A stretch of DNA of 64,000 nt, taken from assembly GCA_949294095.1 (NCBI GenBank), contig CASFFZ010000012.1, positions 79,336 to 143,335 on the forward strand, written 5' to 3'. A program made the translations under genes and the position numbers. Position 1 is the first letter of the stretch. The number at the start of each line of letters is the position of its first letter. This stretch comes from an uncultured bacterium (lineage in GTDB: Bacteria > Elusimicrobiota > Elusimicrobia > Elusimicrobiales > Elusimicrobiaceae). A model generated the notes under the pieces. It was given only the letters and a program-made list of their open reading frames with translations, was not told the origin of the DNA and searched no databases. Below, in pieces: positions 18,721 to 28,177 of this stretch.

Positions 18721-20517
18721 ATGAAAAAAATTAATTTTATGCTGACCGCGTTTCGCGACGGCTTCCAATCCGTCTACGGCGCGCGCGTACTGACCAAAGA
18801 CTTTATGCCGGCGGTAGAAGCCGCCCGCCATGCGGGAATTAACCACATGGAATTTGGCGGCGGGGCCCGCTTCCAGGCGTTGTTTTTCTACTGCAACGAA
18901 AACGCTTTTGATATGATGGACACCTTCCGCAAAACCGCCGGGCCGGACGCCAACCTGCAAACCTTGGCCCGCGGCGTAAACGTGGTGGGGTTGGACAGCC
19001 AGCCCTCGGACGTGATCAAAGCCCACGCCCAACTGTTTAAAAAACACGGCACCACCACCATCCGCAACTTTGACGCGTTAAACGACGTAAACAACCTGAT
19101 TTATTCCGGCCAGTGCATTCACGACGCCGGCCTCAAACACGAAGTGTGCGTGAGCATGATGTCCTTGGCGCCGGGCTGGGATCCCACGGGCAAAATCCAC
19201 ACCGAAGTTTTCTACGAAAAAATCCTGCGCCAAATTTTAGACTCCGGCGTTCCGTTTGACTCCGTCTGCTTTAAAGACGCTTCCGGCACTTCCACACCGG
19301 CCACCGTCGGCAAAACCATTGCCATGGCGCGCCGCCTGCTGCCCAAAGGCACCAAAATTGTGTTCCACACGCACGAAACGGCGGGCAACTCCATCGCCTG
19401 CTGTTTGGAAGCCATCCACGCCGGGGCCGATCAGCTGGATCTTTCCATGCAGCCCGTATCCGGCGGCACCTGCCAGCCCGACATTTTAACCATGTGGCAC
19501 GCGCTGCGCGGCACGGAATACACCTTGGACATTGACCCCAAGAAAATCCAAGAAGCCGAAAACGTGTTTCAAGACTGCATGAGCAAATACTTCCTGCCGC
19601 CCGAGGCCACGGCGGTCAACCCGATTATTCCCTTCTCTCCGCTGCCCGGCGGCGCGCTGACGGCCAACACCCAAATGATGCGCGACAACGGCACCTTTGA
19701 CAAATTCCCCGAAGTGGTAAAAGCCATGGGCGAATGCGTCAAACTCGGCGGATTCGGCACGTCCGTTACGCCGGTTTCCCAGTTCTACTTCCAGCAGGCC
19801 TACAGCAACGTGATGTTTGGCCCCTGGAAAAAAATTACCCCCGGCTACGGCAAAATGGTGTTGGGCTACTTTGGCAAAACGCCGGTGGAACCCGATCCGG
19901 AAGTGGTCAAAGAAGCCAGCCAGCAGCTGGGCTTGCCTCCCACCCAGAAAACGCCGCTTGAAATCAACGACGCCGACCCGAAGAAAGGCCTTAAAGTGGC
20001 CGAGGCCAAACTCAAAGAAGCCGGCCTGCCGGTAACGGAAGAAAACGTGTTTATCGTAGCCACCTGCGCCGACAAAGGCCTCTTGTACCTGAAAGGCGAG
20101 GCCAAAGTAAACGGCATCCGCTGGGCGGCCGACGCCAAGAAAGCGGCGGCGGCTTCGTCGGGTGCGGTAAAAGTAACCGTCAACGGGAAAGCCTACGAGG
20201 TCGTGTTTGACGGGGACAGCGCCGTCGTAAACGGAAAACGCTACAACGTGTCCACCGCCGCTTCGGACGCAAAAGCCGAAGCCAAACCCGCCGCCAACAC
20301 GGGCGCGGACGGAACGGTAAAATCCCCCCTGCCGGGCGCCGTATTGCGCCTGAGCGCAAAAGACGGGGAACACGTCAGCGAAGGGCAGGAAATTATGGTA
20401 TTGGAAGCCATGAAAATGGAAACAGCCGTTTCCGCCACGGCGTCCGGTACGGTGCATTTCCTGGCCAAACAGGGCGACCAAGTTCAAACCGGCGACGCGC
20501 TGGCCGAAATCAAATAA
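18721..20517 (+). CDS. oadA: oxaloacetate decarboxylase alpha subunit (carboxyltransferase + biotinyl carrier domain)
   Basis: 598 aa. Has a 5S/PYC_OADA-type TIM barrel (FRDGFQS..., HTHETAGNS) and a C-terminal biotinylation motif EAMKMET. Confidence 0.9.
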   Translation: MKKINFMLTAFRDGFQSVYGARVLTKDFMPAVEAARHAGINHMEFGGGARFQALFFYCNENAFDMMDTFRKTAGPDANLQTLARGVNVVGLDSQPSDVIKAHAQLFKKHGTTTIRNFDALNDVNNLIYSGQCIHDAGLKHEVCVSMMSLAPGWDPTGKIHTEVFYEKILRQILDSGVPFDSVCFKDASGTSTPATVGKTIAMARRLLPKGTKIVFHTHETAGNSIACCLEAIHAGADQLDLSMQPVSGGTCQPDILTMWHALRGTEYTLDIDPKKIQEAENVFQDCMSKYFLPPEATAVNPIIPFSPLPGGALTANTQMMRDNGTFDKFPEVVKAMGECVKLGGFGTSVTPVSQFYFQQAYSNVMFGPWKKITPGYGKMVLGYFGKTPVEPDPEVVKEASQQLGLPPTQKTPLEINDADPKKGLKVAEAKLKEAGLPVTEENVFIVATCADKGLLYLKGEAKVNGIRWAADAKKAAAASSGAVKVTVNGKAYEVVFDGDSAVVNGKRYNVSTAASDAKAEAKPAANTGADGTVKSPLPGAVLRLSAKDGEHVSEGQEIMVLEAMKMETAVSATASGTVHFLAKQGDQVQTGDALAEIK

Positions 20518-20529
20518 GGGGAGCCGCAT

Positions 20530-21687
20530 ATGGATATTTTAACTTCTCTTACGAAAATAGCGCACGCCACCTCGCTTTATGCGCTTACGTGGCAGCAGCT
20601 GGTGATGATTGTGGTATGCTGTTTCCTCTTGTGGCTGGGGATTAAAAAGCAATTTGAACCGCTGTTGCTGATTCCCATTGCCTTTGGCGGGCTGCTTTCC
20701 AACATTCCGCTGGCGGGCATTGCCGAAACGGGCGGATTCCTGCGCATCGTATACGATGCCGGTATTCAGACGGGGCTTTTCCCGCTGTTTATCTTTATGT
20801 CCGTAGGCGCCATGACGGACTTCGGCCCGCTGATCGCCAACCCCAAAACGGCCCTTTTGGGCGGGGCGGCGCAGTTTGGCATTTTCGCCACGCTGATTGG
20901 CGCTATTGCGCTTTCCTATGTGCACTTTGGGGACGCCCAGCCCTTTGCGTTTGGGCTTAAAGAAGCGGCCTCCATCGGCATCATCGGCGGGGCGGACGGC
21001 CCGACGGCCATCTTCTTAACCTCCCGCCTCGCGCCCCAGTTGTTGGGCGCCATTGCCGTGGCGGCGTACTCGTATATGGCGCTGGTGCCGATTATCCAGC
21101 CGCCCATTATGAAACTCTTAACCACAGATGCGGAACGCAAAATCAAAATGACGCAGCTGCGCCCCGTTTCCAAACGCGAGAAAATCTTGTTCCCGCTGGT
21201 GCTCCTGCTTTTGTGCGCGTTCCTGCTGCCCGACGCCGCCCCCTTAATCGGCGCGTTGACGTTTGGCAACCTGATTAAAGAGTCCGGCGTGGCGGAGCGT
21301 TTGTCCAAAACCCTGCAGAACGACTTCTGCAACATTACCACCATTCTGCTGGGGTTGTCGGTCGGTTCCAAACTGCAGGCCAGCCAGTTCTTAAAAACCG
21401 AAACGTTGGGCATTTTGCTCTTGGGCATTATTGCTTTCTCCATTGCCACGGCTTCGGGCGTGTTGCTGGCTAAGCTGATGAACTGCTTTAGCAAGACGAA
21501 AATCAACCCGCTTATCGGTTCCGCCGGCGTATCGGCCGTGCCGATGGCGGCGCGTGTTTCCAACAAAATCGGCTTGGAATACGACAAAAACAACTACCTG
21601 CTGATGCATGCCATGGGCCCCAATGTGGCGGGCGTCATCGGCAGTGCGGTGGCGGCGGGGGTGTTGCTGTCGCTGTTAGGAAAGTAG
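20530..21687 (+). CDS. oadB: Na+-pumping decarboxylase beta subunit
   Basis: 385 aa polytopic protein. Has [24 protein letters not shown] and the GADGPTAIF motifs typical of OadB/GcdB/MmdB. Confidence 0.9.
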   Translation: MDILTSLTKIAHATSLYALTWQQLVMIVVCCFLLWLGIKKQFEPLLLIPIAFGGLLSNIPLAGIAETGGFLRIVYDAGIQTGLFPLFIFMSVGAMTDFGPLIANPKTALLGGAAQFGIFATLIGAIALSYVHFGDAQPFAFGLKEAASIGIIGGADGPTAIFLTSRLAPQLLGAIAVAAYSYMALVPIIQPPIMKLLTTDAERKIKMTQLRPVSKREKILFPLVLLLLCAFLLPDAAPLIGALTFGNLIKESGVAERLSKTLQNDFCNITTILLGLSVGSKLQASQFLKTETLGILLLGIIAFSIATASGVLLAKLMNCFSKTKINPLIGSAGVSAVPMAARVSNKIGLEYDKNNYLLMHAMGPNVAGVIGSAVAAGVLLSLLGK

Positions 21688-21703
21688 TATTTTCCGTCTG
21701 ATT

Positions 21704-21733
21704 AAAAACGCCCCGTGTAAACGGGGCGTTTTT
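21704..21733 (+). terminator. rho-independent terminator after oadB
   Basis: aaaaacgccccg / cggggcgttttt hairpin with a T-run. Confidence 0.75.
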
Positions 21734-21734
21734 G

Positions 21735-21743
21735 TGCTACAAT
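21735..21743 (+). promoter_or_regulatory. extended -10 (TGcTACAAT) 7 nt before ATG 21751; predicted leaderless
   Basis: TG at 21735-21736, TACAAT at 21738-21743, gap aacccat, ATG at 21751. Confidence 0.45.
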
Positions 21744-21750
21744 AACCCAT

Positions 21751-22701
21751 ATGGATTCTCATTTTATTCCTTCTTCTGCTCAAAAAAACACCGCCGTTGT
21801 GCTGGGCGCAACGGGCAACCTGACGTTTGCGCTGGGCGTGGTGCTAAAAGGCTTAAAACGCCATAGTGCAGCCCTGTTGGAACGGGCGGACGTCATCATC
21901 TATTATCAAAATATGGACGAAGCCTGCCGCCGGGCATTAAACCAAATAGTGCCTTGCCGATTTGTGGAGTACCACTTTCCGCATATGGAAGGCCTTCGGC
22001 CCCAAGCGTTGCGCGACTACGGCGAAATGACATTCGTGCGCTATGAATGTTTTCGCTTTTTAAAACAGTATGAATATGTGCTGTGGCTGGATGCGGATAT
22101 TTTAATTCAAAAAGACATTGCCGATATCGTACAGCACATTCCGCACGGCATTGGCTTTCGGCGAGAGTATTACGATGAACGCGTACGCATGAATTTTACG
22201 CAGGATATCGCCGGTTTTAAAATGGATGCCCCCCACTACAACGCCGGGATTATGGCCATTAGCCGCCGCCTGCCCGCCCCTAATATGGACGAGCTTTCCG
22301 ATTGGTGTTATCAAAAAACGGCCGAGCTTACCAAATGGCTGGTTTTCCCGGATCAGGGAATTTTGCTGCTGATGTGCCAGCACTTTGGCCTGACCATAGA
22401 CGCTTTGCCGGAAGCCTATAACTGCGAAGCGCGCAGACAGGCGTCCGTCCTGAAACACGCGGCGATCGTACACGCGGTAGGGCACCGCAAATTCTGGAAG
22501 TATTATTATTTTAACGAGTGGTACCAAACCTACCGGGAATGGGTAAAAGAAACGGGTATCGCATGCCAAAACAATTTTCCCGCACTCCAGAAACTCGGCT
22601 TACTTCAATACCCGCTGTTTCAGGTGGCGCCCAATCCGGGCAAGCACCCGCTTAAATTGGCTACGTATTTGCTAAAAGCGCTGCTGCGCAGAAAATACTA
22701 A
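21751..22701 (+). CDS. glycosyltransferase family 8-like (LPS/glycan retaining GT)
   Basis: 316 aa. Has the VLWLDADIL (DxD), HYNAGIMAI and FPDQGILLL motifs in GT8 order. Confidence 0.7.
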   Translation: MDSHFIPSSAQKNTAVVLGATGNLTFALGVVLKGLKRHSAALLERADVIIYYQNMDEACRRALNQIVPCRFVEYHFPHMEGLRPQALRDYGEMTFVRYECFRFLKQYEYVLWLDADILIQKDIADIVQHIPHGIGFRREYYDERVRMNFTQDIAGFKMDAPHYNAGIMAISRRLPAPNMDELSDWCYQKTAELTKWLVFPDQGILLLMCQHFGLTIDALPEAYNCEARRQASVLKHAAIVHAVGHRKFWKYYYFNEWYQTYREWVKETGIACQNNFPALQKLGLLQYPLFQVAPNPGKHPLKLATYLLKALLRRKY

Positions 22702-22710
22702 ACGATCCCC

Positions 22711-22740
22711 AAAAAATCCCGCCGTTAGGCGGGATTTTTA
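22711..22740. terminator. bidirectional terminator between GT8(+) and nth(-)
   Basis: aaaaaatcccgcc gtta ggcgggattttt; A-run and T-run on both sides. Confidence 0.75.
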
Positions 22741-23385
22741 TGCCGATATTTTTACCCCTTTTCGCGGGCAAAACCCGGCCAGCGTACAGCGCGAACATTC
22801 CGGTTTGCGCGCATTGCACACTTGGCGGCCGTGCAAAATAAGTGCAATGCCAAACCACGCCCAATACTTGTAGGGAATCACTTTCATTAAATCCTGCTCC
22901 ACTTTTACGGGGTCGGTTTGTTTGGTAAGCCCCAGCCGAAACGACAGCCGCTTAATGTGCGTATCCACCACAATGCCTTCGGGTTTCTTAAAATAATCGC
23001 CCAGCATTACATTGGCCGTTTTGCGCGCCACGCCGCGAAGGGTAAGCAGATCCTTCATATTTTGCGGCACTTCGCCGCCGTACACTTCGCAAATGCGTTT
23101 GGAACTTTCTATTAAAGACAAAGCCTTACTGTGGTAAAACCCCGCCGAGTGGATCAATTTTTCCACCTGTTTGATATCCGCCTGTGCCATAGCTTGAGGC
23201 GTAGGAAAGGCCTGAAATAAAGCGGGCGTAATTTGGTTCACGCGTTCGTCGGTGCACTGGGCCGATAAAATAACCGCGCACAACAGCTGCCAGGCATTTT
23301 GATGATGAAGCGGAATAATATGCTCGGGGTATAATTTTTTTAACGCTTTTAACAGCTCATTTACATCCGTTTTTTTAGCGGGCAT
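22738..23385 (-). CDS. nth: endonuclease III
   Basis: Start MPAKKTDVNELLKAL (rc ATG at 23383-23385). Has the HhH-GPD region (LLTLRGVARKTANV) and the C-terminal 4Fe-4S CNARKPECSRCTLAGFC. The track ORF start 23508 lies inside the upstream permease gene. Confidence 0.9.
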   Translation of the reverse strand: MPAKKTDVNELLKALKKLYPEHIIPLHHQNAWQLLCAVILSAQCTDERVNQITPALFQAFPTPQAMAQADIKQVEKLIHSAGFYHSKALSLIESSKRICEVYGGEVPQNMKDLLTLRGVARKTANVMLGDYFKKPEGIVVDTHIKRLSFRLGLTKQTDPVKVEQDLMKVIPYKYWAWFGIALILHGRQVCNARKPECSRCTLAGFCPRKGVKISA

Positions 23386-24196
23386 TGGAATTTCCCCCCA
23401 TCCGGGCCCAGCCGTACGCGCACGCCAGCACCAGCAAGTTGACCAAAATAATGGTTGCGCCCGACGGGATATTAAACACAAAAGACAAATACACCCCTGC
23501 CCACACACTGCCTACCCCAAAACAGGCCGCCAGCCACAGCACCTGCTTAAACGTGCGCGACACCAACAGCGCCGCCACGGGCGGAATAATAAGAAGCGCC
23601 GAAATGAGGAAAATGCCCACCACTTTAAAGGCCAGCACCACCGCCACCGAAGTAATGACCACCAGCCCCGTATTGACGGCCTGCACGGCAATGCCGCGCG
23701 TGCGGGCAAAGGGCTCGTCAAAACAGGCGGAAGTTAAATCCCGGTAGAAAAAGAACAGCCCCGCCAGCACCGCCGCCAGCAAGAGGGCGCACAGCACGGC
23801 TTCGTCTTTGGAAACGGTCAAAATACTGCCAAACAAATACCCCAACAAATCGGTATTAAATCCGCCCGCCAAGGCCGTAATCAACAACCCGACCGACAGC
23901 CCCGCCGCACTGACAATGCCGATCGCGGCGTCCCCGTAGATTTTAAATTTCTGCGTCAGTTTCATAATCCCCAAAGACGCCGCCGCCACCACCGGCACCG
24001 ATACGTACACCGGATTGGCCGACAGCAACAACGCCGCCGCCACGCCCGTCAGGCATACGTGGCTCATCCCGTCCCCGATTAACGAAAGCCGCTTGAGCAC
24101 CAAAAACGCCCCCAGCAGCGCGCACGAAGCCGCCACCAGCGTACCGGCCACCAGCCCGCGCTGCACAAACCCGTAGCTTAAAAATTCGGCAATCAT
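23375..24196 (-). CDS. metal (Zn/Mn/Fe) ABC transporter permease, ZnuB/TroC/MntB family
   Basis: Polytopic ABC-3 family permease. The start MIAEFLSYGFVQRGL overlaps the ATPase stop (ATGA at 24193-24196). Confidence 0.85.
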   Translation of the reverse strand: MIAEFLSYGFVQRGLVAGTLVAASCALLGAFLVLKRLSLIGDGMSHVCLTGVAAALLLSANPVYVSVPVVAAASLGIMKLTQKFKIYGDAAIGIVSAAGLSVGLLITALAGGFNTDLLGYLFGSILTVSKDEAVLCALLLAAVLAGLFFFYRDLTSACFDEPFARTRGIAVQAVNTGLVVITSVAVVLAFKVVGIFLISALLIIPPVAALLVSRTFKQVLWLAACFGVGSVWAGVYLSFVFNIPSGATIILVNLLVLACAYGWARMGGNSNAR

Positions 24197-24981
24197 TTGT
24201 TTGCCTCCCCGCACATTCCGCCCAGCGGGCATTGGCCGTGGTTGTGCAAATGGTCAATGGTATGCTGGGCAAAGGGGCCCAGTTTGGCGGCCACTTCGGG
24301 CGAGTGGCAAAATTCTTCTTTGGTGCCGTAAAAAACCAATGTTTTATCAATGTACATAAATTTAGAGATATATTTCCCCACTTCGCCGGTGTCGTGCGTA
24401 ATAAGAAGAATGGTAACCCCCTGCCGCGCATTTAAATCTCCCAGCAAATTAAAAAACATCTCGCGCGATTCGGGATCCAGCGCCGTGGAAGGCTCGTCCA
24501 AAATCAACAACTGCGGATTGCTTACCAGCGCCCGCGCCAACAGCACGCGCTGCTGCTGCCCGATGGATAAATCGTGAAAAATCCGCCCCGCATAATCCCG
24601 CGTGCGGGTTTTTTGCATCGCTTCGTGCACTTGTTTGAGCTCTCCCACCGAAACGCCGCTTCCGCGGCGGGCAGAAAGCCCCATCAGCACCACTTCTTCG
24701 GCCGAAACCGGAAACCGGCTCTGCGCCACCGGGCTTTTTTGCGCCAAATACCCGATTTTGTACCACTCTTTAAACGCGTCCAGCGGCTGGCCGAACAGTT
24801 TAATTTGTCCTTTGCCTTTTTCCAGCCCCAGCAGTAATTTTAGAAGCGTCGTTTTTCCCCCGCCGTTGGGGCCGATAATACCCACATAATCGCCCGCCTG
24901 TACGGAAAAAGAAACTCCTTCCAACACCGGCACGCGCACATAGGCAAACTGCAGGTTTTCGGCTTCAATTACGCTTGGCAT
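24193..24981 (-). CDS. metal ABC transporter ATP-binding protein (ZnuC/TroB family)
   Basis: Walker A GPNGGGKTT, signature LSIGQQQR, Walker B LLILDEP. The C-terminal tail is His/Cys-rich. Confidence 0.85.
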   Translation of the reverse strand: MPSVIEAENLQFAYVRVPVLEGVSFSVQAGDYVGIIGPNGGGKTTLLKLLLGLEKGKGQIKLFGQPLDAFKEWYKIGYLAQKSPVAQSRFPVSAEEVVLMGLSARRGSGVSVGELKQVHEAMQKTRTRDYAGRIFHDLSIGQQQRVLLARALVSNPQLLILDEPSTALDPESREMFFNLLGDLNARQGVTILLITHDTGEVGKYISKFMYIDKTLVFYGTKEEFCHSPEVAAKLGPFAQHTIDHLHNHGQCPLGGMCGEANK

Positions 24982-25868
24982 CCAAGCCCCCTTTGCAAGC
25001 TGTCCAAATTGCGCCGCATCAGCTCGCCATAGGTAACACCGCGGTCAAAATCGTCTTTGCTGACGTGTTCCACCGTATAGAGCGGCAGCACCTGCGCGCC
25101 CGTTTCTTCGGCTACCGCCGCCGATAAGCGCGGCGAAAGCGTCTCCTCGGTAAAAATGGCGCGGATTTGGTTGTCTTTAATAAACCCAATCAGCTCCGCC
25201 ACGCGGCGCACGGAATTTTCCCCATCGTGGGAAGACCCCGCCAACGCCGAGAGCGACAAACCGTAGTTTTTCGTCAAATTGCCAAACGCCAAATGCCCCA
25301 CATGCACCACCTGGCGGCTTTGGCAGGAGGCCAGCCCGGTTTGGTACGCGGCGTCCAGCTCCGCCAGTTCTTGCTCAAACGCTTTTAAATGGGCTTCGTA
25401 TTCGGCGCGGTGGGAAGGGTCTTTCTGCACCAGGGCAAAAGAAATGGCACGCGCGATTTGTTTGGCGTTTTGAAAATCCATCCACACGTGCGGATCGTCG
25501 GAAGAAGCGGCGTATTTGGCGGCTTGCACCACGGCCGTTTGCTCCCCGGCCGAGGAAAGCACATCTTTGGCCCACGGTTCAATCCGGTCGGAAACGTAAA
25601 TAAAAATATCGGCGTTTTTGACCGTTACCAACGCCCCGGGGGTGGGCTCAAACGAATGCGGCTCTGCATTGGCGGGAAGGAGCATCGTTACGTCCGCCAG
25701 CCCGCCCGAAAGCTGTTTGGCCAGCGTATACGGCACATAGCCGGAAGTAACCACGCGGGGTTTTGCCCCTTCGGCCACCGGCACTTGGTGGCGGCGCGGC
25801 GCCAGGGAAAGCCACCAAATCAAGGCGGCGGCTAATAAAAATAAAACGGCGGGCAAGTGTTTTTTCAT
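24969..25868 (-). CDS. metal ABC transporter substrate-binding protein (ZnuA/TroA cluster-9 family)
   Basis: 299 aa with a signal peptide. Has the NAEPHSFEPTP and DPHVW metal-ligand motifs and no His-rich loop, so the metal specificity is open. Confidence 0.85.
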   Translation of the reverse strand: MKKHLPAVLFLLAAALIWWLSLAPRRHQVPVAEGAKPRVVTSGYVPYTLAKQLSGGLADVTMLLPANAEPHSFEPTPGALVTVKNADIFIYVSDRIEPWAKDVLSSAGEQTAVVQAAKYAASSDDPHVWMDFQNAKQIARAISFALVQKDPSHRAEYEAHLKAFEQELAELDAAYQTGLASCQSRQVVHVGHLAFGNLTKNYGLSLSALAGSSHDGENSVRRVAELIGFIKDNQIRAIFTEETLSPRLSAAVAEETGAQVLPLYTVEHVSKDDFDRGVTYGELMRRNLDSLQRGLGCQA

Positions 25869-25894
25869 ACGGAAAAATCTCCTTAAAGACTATA

Positions 25895-25905
25895 GTATAT
25901 TATAC
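25895..25905. promoter_or_regulatory. candidate Fur-family (Zur/Mur-like) operator overlapping the -10 of the metal-uptake operon
   Basis: Perfect palindrome GTATA-T-TATAC. On the minus strand it reads cGTATAATATACt and contains TATAAT about 30 nt upstream of the SBP start. Confidence 0.35.
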
Positions 25906-25973
25906 GATTTTACCCACTCCCCGCGGGAACGGAGCGGGAATTTACTATAATATATAAAAGGAGAATTAAAAAT

Positions 25974-26876
25974 ATGAGCTACATACTGGCCTTGTGTTTG
26001 GCACTTTGTTGGGGGACGGCTTTTTTGGCGTCCAAAAATATCGTGGAAAGTCTGCCGCCGTACTGGGGTACGTTTTACCGGGTGTTGGCGGGGTTGTGTT
26101 TCTTTATCGTTTTGTATGCCGTGCAACGAAAAAATTTGAAATGCCCGGTCAAACAACTTTGGCGGCCGTGGACGATCGGCCTGCTGCTGATTTTACTGCC
26201 GTTTGCCGCCATTTCTTGGGGCCAGCGCTTTGTCGCGCCGACGATCGGCGGTATTTTTAACGGTACGGTGCCGATCTGGTCGTTTATTGCAGGGGCCGTA
26301 CTGCTCAAAGGCGAAGACCGCTTTACCTGGCGCCGTGCCGCCGGCGTAACGGTGGGGATGATCGGGCTTTTGATTATCATGCACCCGATGATTTCCGCCG
26401 CCAAACTAAACGCCAGCCCGATGGCTTTGTACGGCTGTTTTGCGTTCCTCATTATGGCGTGGTCGTACAGCTTGGGCAACGTGCTGACCAAAAAAATTAT
26501 GGTAGACAGCAACGCCATGACCCATGAAGCCAACACCTTCCACCAGTATTTATTCTCAGCGGTGGTCTTGTTGATTATCTCGTTTTTGGCTGAACCGGTG
26601 CCCGCCGCGTCGGCTTTTACCACCAAAGTAGTGCTTTCCATTATCAGCGCGGGGGTGTTTTCCTCGGCGGTGGCCTTCTTATTAATGGTAGCGTTAATTA
26701 AACGCTGGGGCGCTACGCGCATGGCCTCGGTCACGTATTTCACCCCTGTGGTGGCCATGGCCAGCGATATGATTGCTTTTGGCCGCATGCCCACCGGAGC
26801 GGAACTGGGCGGACTATTACTGATTTTTGCCAGTTTGGTGATGATTCAGAAAAAAGTAGAGCCCGAAAGCAAATAA
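25974..26876 (+). CDS. EamA/DMT-family transporter
   Basis: 300 aa with about 10 TM segments and two EamA-like halves. Confidence 0.8.
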   Translation: MSYILALCLALCWGTAFLASKNIVESLPPYWGTFYRVLAGLCFFIVLYAVQRKNLKCPVKQLWRPWTIGLLLILLPFAAISWGQRFVAPTIGGIFNGTVPIWSFIAGAVLLKGEDRFTWRRAAGVTVGMIGLLIIMHPMISAAKLNASPMALYGCFAFLIMAWSYSLGNVLTKKIMVDSNAMTHEANTFHQYLFSAVVLLIISFLAEPVPAASAFTTKVVLSIISAGVFSSAVAFLLMVALIKRWGATRMASVTYFTPVVAMASDMIAFGRMPTGAELGGLLLIFASLVMIQKKVEPESK

Positions 26877-26879
26877 CGT

Positions 26880-28121
26880 ATGAAAAAAATCTTAAACCTC
26901 CAGTGCATCAACTGCGGCAAGGAACATAAAACCAGCGAAGCCAACTTCGTCTGCACGGCCTGCGGCGGCAATCTGGAAGTCAATTACGATTACAAGCTCA
27001 TTTCCAAACGCTTCAGCATCGGCAAGCTAAAGGATAACCGCGAATTTGATATGTGGCGGTATATGGATTTGCTGCCCATTAACGACCACGACAAAGTCCC
27101 CCACGTGCACGTGGGCTGGACGCCGCTTTACCCCTGCAAAGACCTGGCCAAAGAGCTGCATATTTCCAATTTGTTTATCAAAGACGAAGGCCGCAACCCG
27201 ACCGGTTCCATTAAAGACCGCGGCAGCGCCGTAGCCGTGGCGCGCGCGCTGGAGTTGGAGCAGGAAGTCATTGCCGACGCCTCCACCGGCAACGCCAGCG
27301 ACTCTTTGGCCTGCCTCACGGCCAGTATGCCGATGAAAACCGTCATCTTTGCGCCCAAATCCGTGCCCGACCCCAAGCTGGTACAGCTGTTGGTATACGG
27401 GGCGGAAGTAATCGGCGTGGACGGCTCGTACGACGAAGCTTTTGAACTGTGCAAGCAATCGGTGCAAAAATACGGCTGGTATTCCCGCGCGGCGGGGTTC
27501 AACCCGTTTACCCGCGAGGGCAAAAAAACCTGCGCTTTTGAAATTTGTGAACAGCTGGACTGGGAAGCCCCCGATAAAGTGGTAGTAGCCGCCGGGGACG
27601 GAACCATTCTGGCCGGCCTGTGGAAAGGATTTACCGATTTTAACAAACTGGGCATTATTGAACGCATGCCGCAGATGATTGCCGTCCAAGCCGAGGGAAG
27701 CGCCGCCATTGCAGAGGCGTTTAATACCCACAGCGAAGTGAAATCCGTTTCGGCGCACACGGTGGCGGACAGTATCGTCGTCAACTATCCGCGCGACGCC
27801 GCCCTGGCCCTGCAGGCCCTGCAGGAATCCGACGGCATGGCCTTAACGGTAACGGACGAGGAAATCCTGCAGGCGATTCCGGAACTGGCGCGCAAAGCCA
27901 ACATCTTTGCCGAACCCGCCGGCGCGGCTACGTATGCGGCCCTTAAAAAACTGGCGGCCCAAGGCAAAATAGAACGCGACGAAACGGTGGTGCTGGTTGT
28001 AGGCGGAAACGGATTAAAAGACATTGATTCCGCCATGCAGGTGCTTCCGAAAGTCTGCGTAATTCCCCCCACCATGGTGGCCGTGGAACAGGAACTCAAA
28101 GCCAAAGGCTTCATTAAATAG
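26880..28121 (+). CDS. thrC: threonine synthase-family PLP enzyme with N-terminal zinc ribbon
   Basis: 413 aa. Has the CINCGK...CTACGG ribbon, the PTGSIKDRG PLP-lysine motif and a GNAS motif. Confidence 0.75.
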   Translation: MKKILNLQCINCGKEHKTSEANFVCTACGGNLEVNYDYKLISKRFSIGKLKDNREFDMWRYMDLLPINDHDKVPHVHVGWTPLYPCKDLAKELHISNLFIKDEGRNPTGSIKDRGSAVAVARALELEQEVIADASTGNASDSLACLTASMPMKTVIFAPKSVPDPKLVQLLVYGAEVIGVDGSYDEAFELCKQSVQKYGWYSRAAGFNPFTREGKKTCAFEICEQLDWEAPDKVVVAAGDGTILAGLWKGFTDFNKLGIIERMPQMIAVQAEGSAAIAEAFNTHSEVKSVSAHTVADSIVVNYPRDAALALQALQESDGMALTVTDEEILQAIPELARKANIFAEPAGAATYAALKKLAAQGKIERDETVVLVVGGNGLKDIDSAMQVLPKVCVIPPTMVAVEQELKAKGFIK

Positions 28122-28134
28122 TTTTACGCCAAAC

Positions 28135-28165
28135 AAAAATCCCCCGGCTTTCCGGGGGATTTTTG
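28135..28165. terminator. bidirectional terminator
   Basis: aaaaatcccccgg cttt ccgggggattttt between convergent genes. Confidence 0.8.
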
Positions 28166-28177
28166 TTTTGTATCCTG

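Noticed and set aside
19486-20529. 347-aa minus-strand ORF
   Set aside because: Antisense to oadA (biotinyl domain region). It is Arg/Gly/Phe-rich with no recognisable motifs, a codon-bias artefact.
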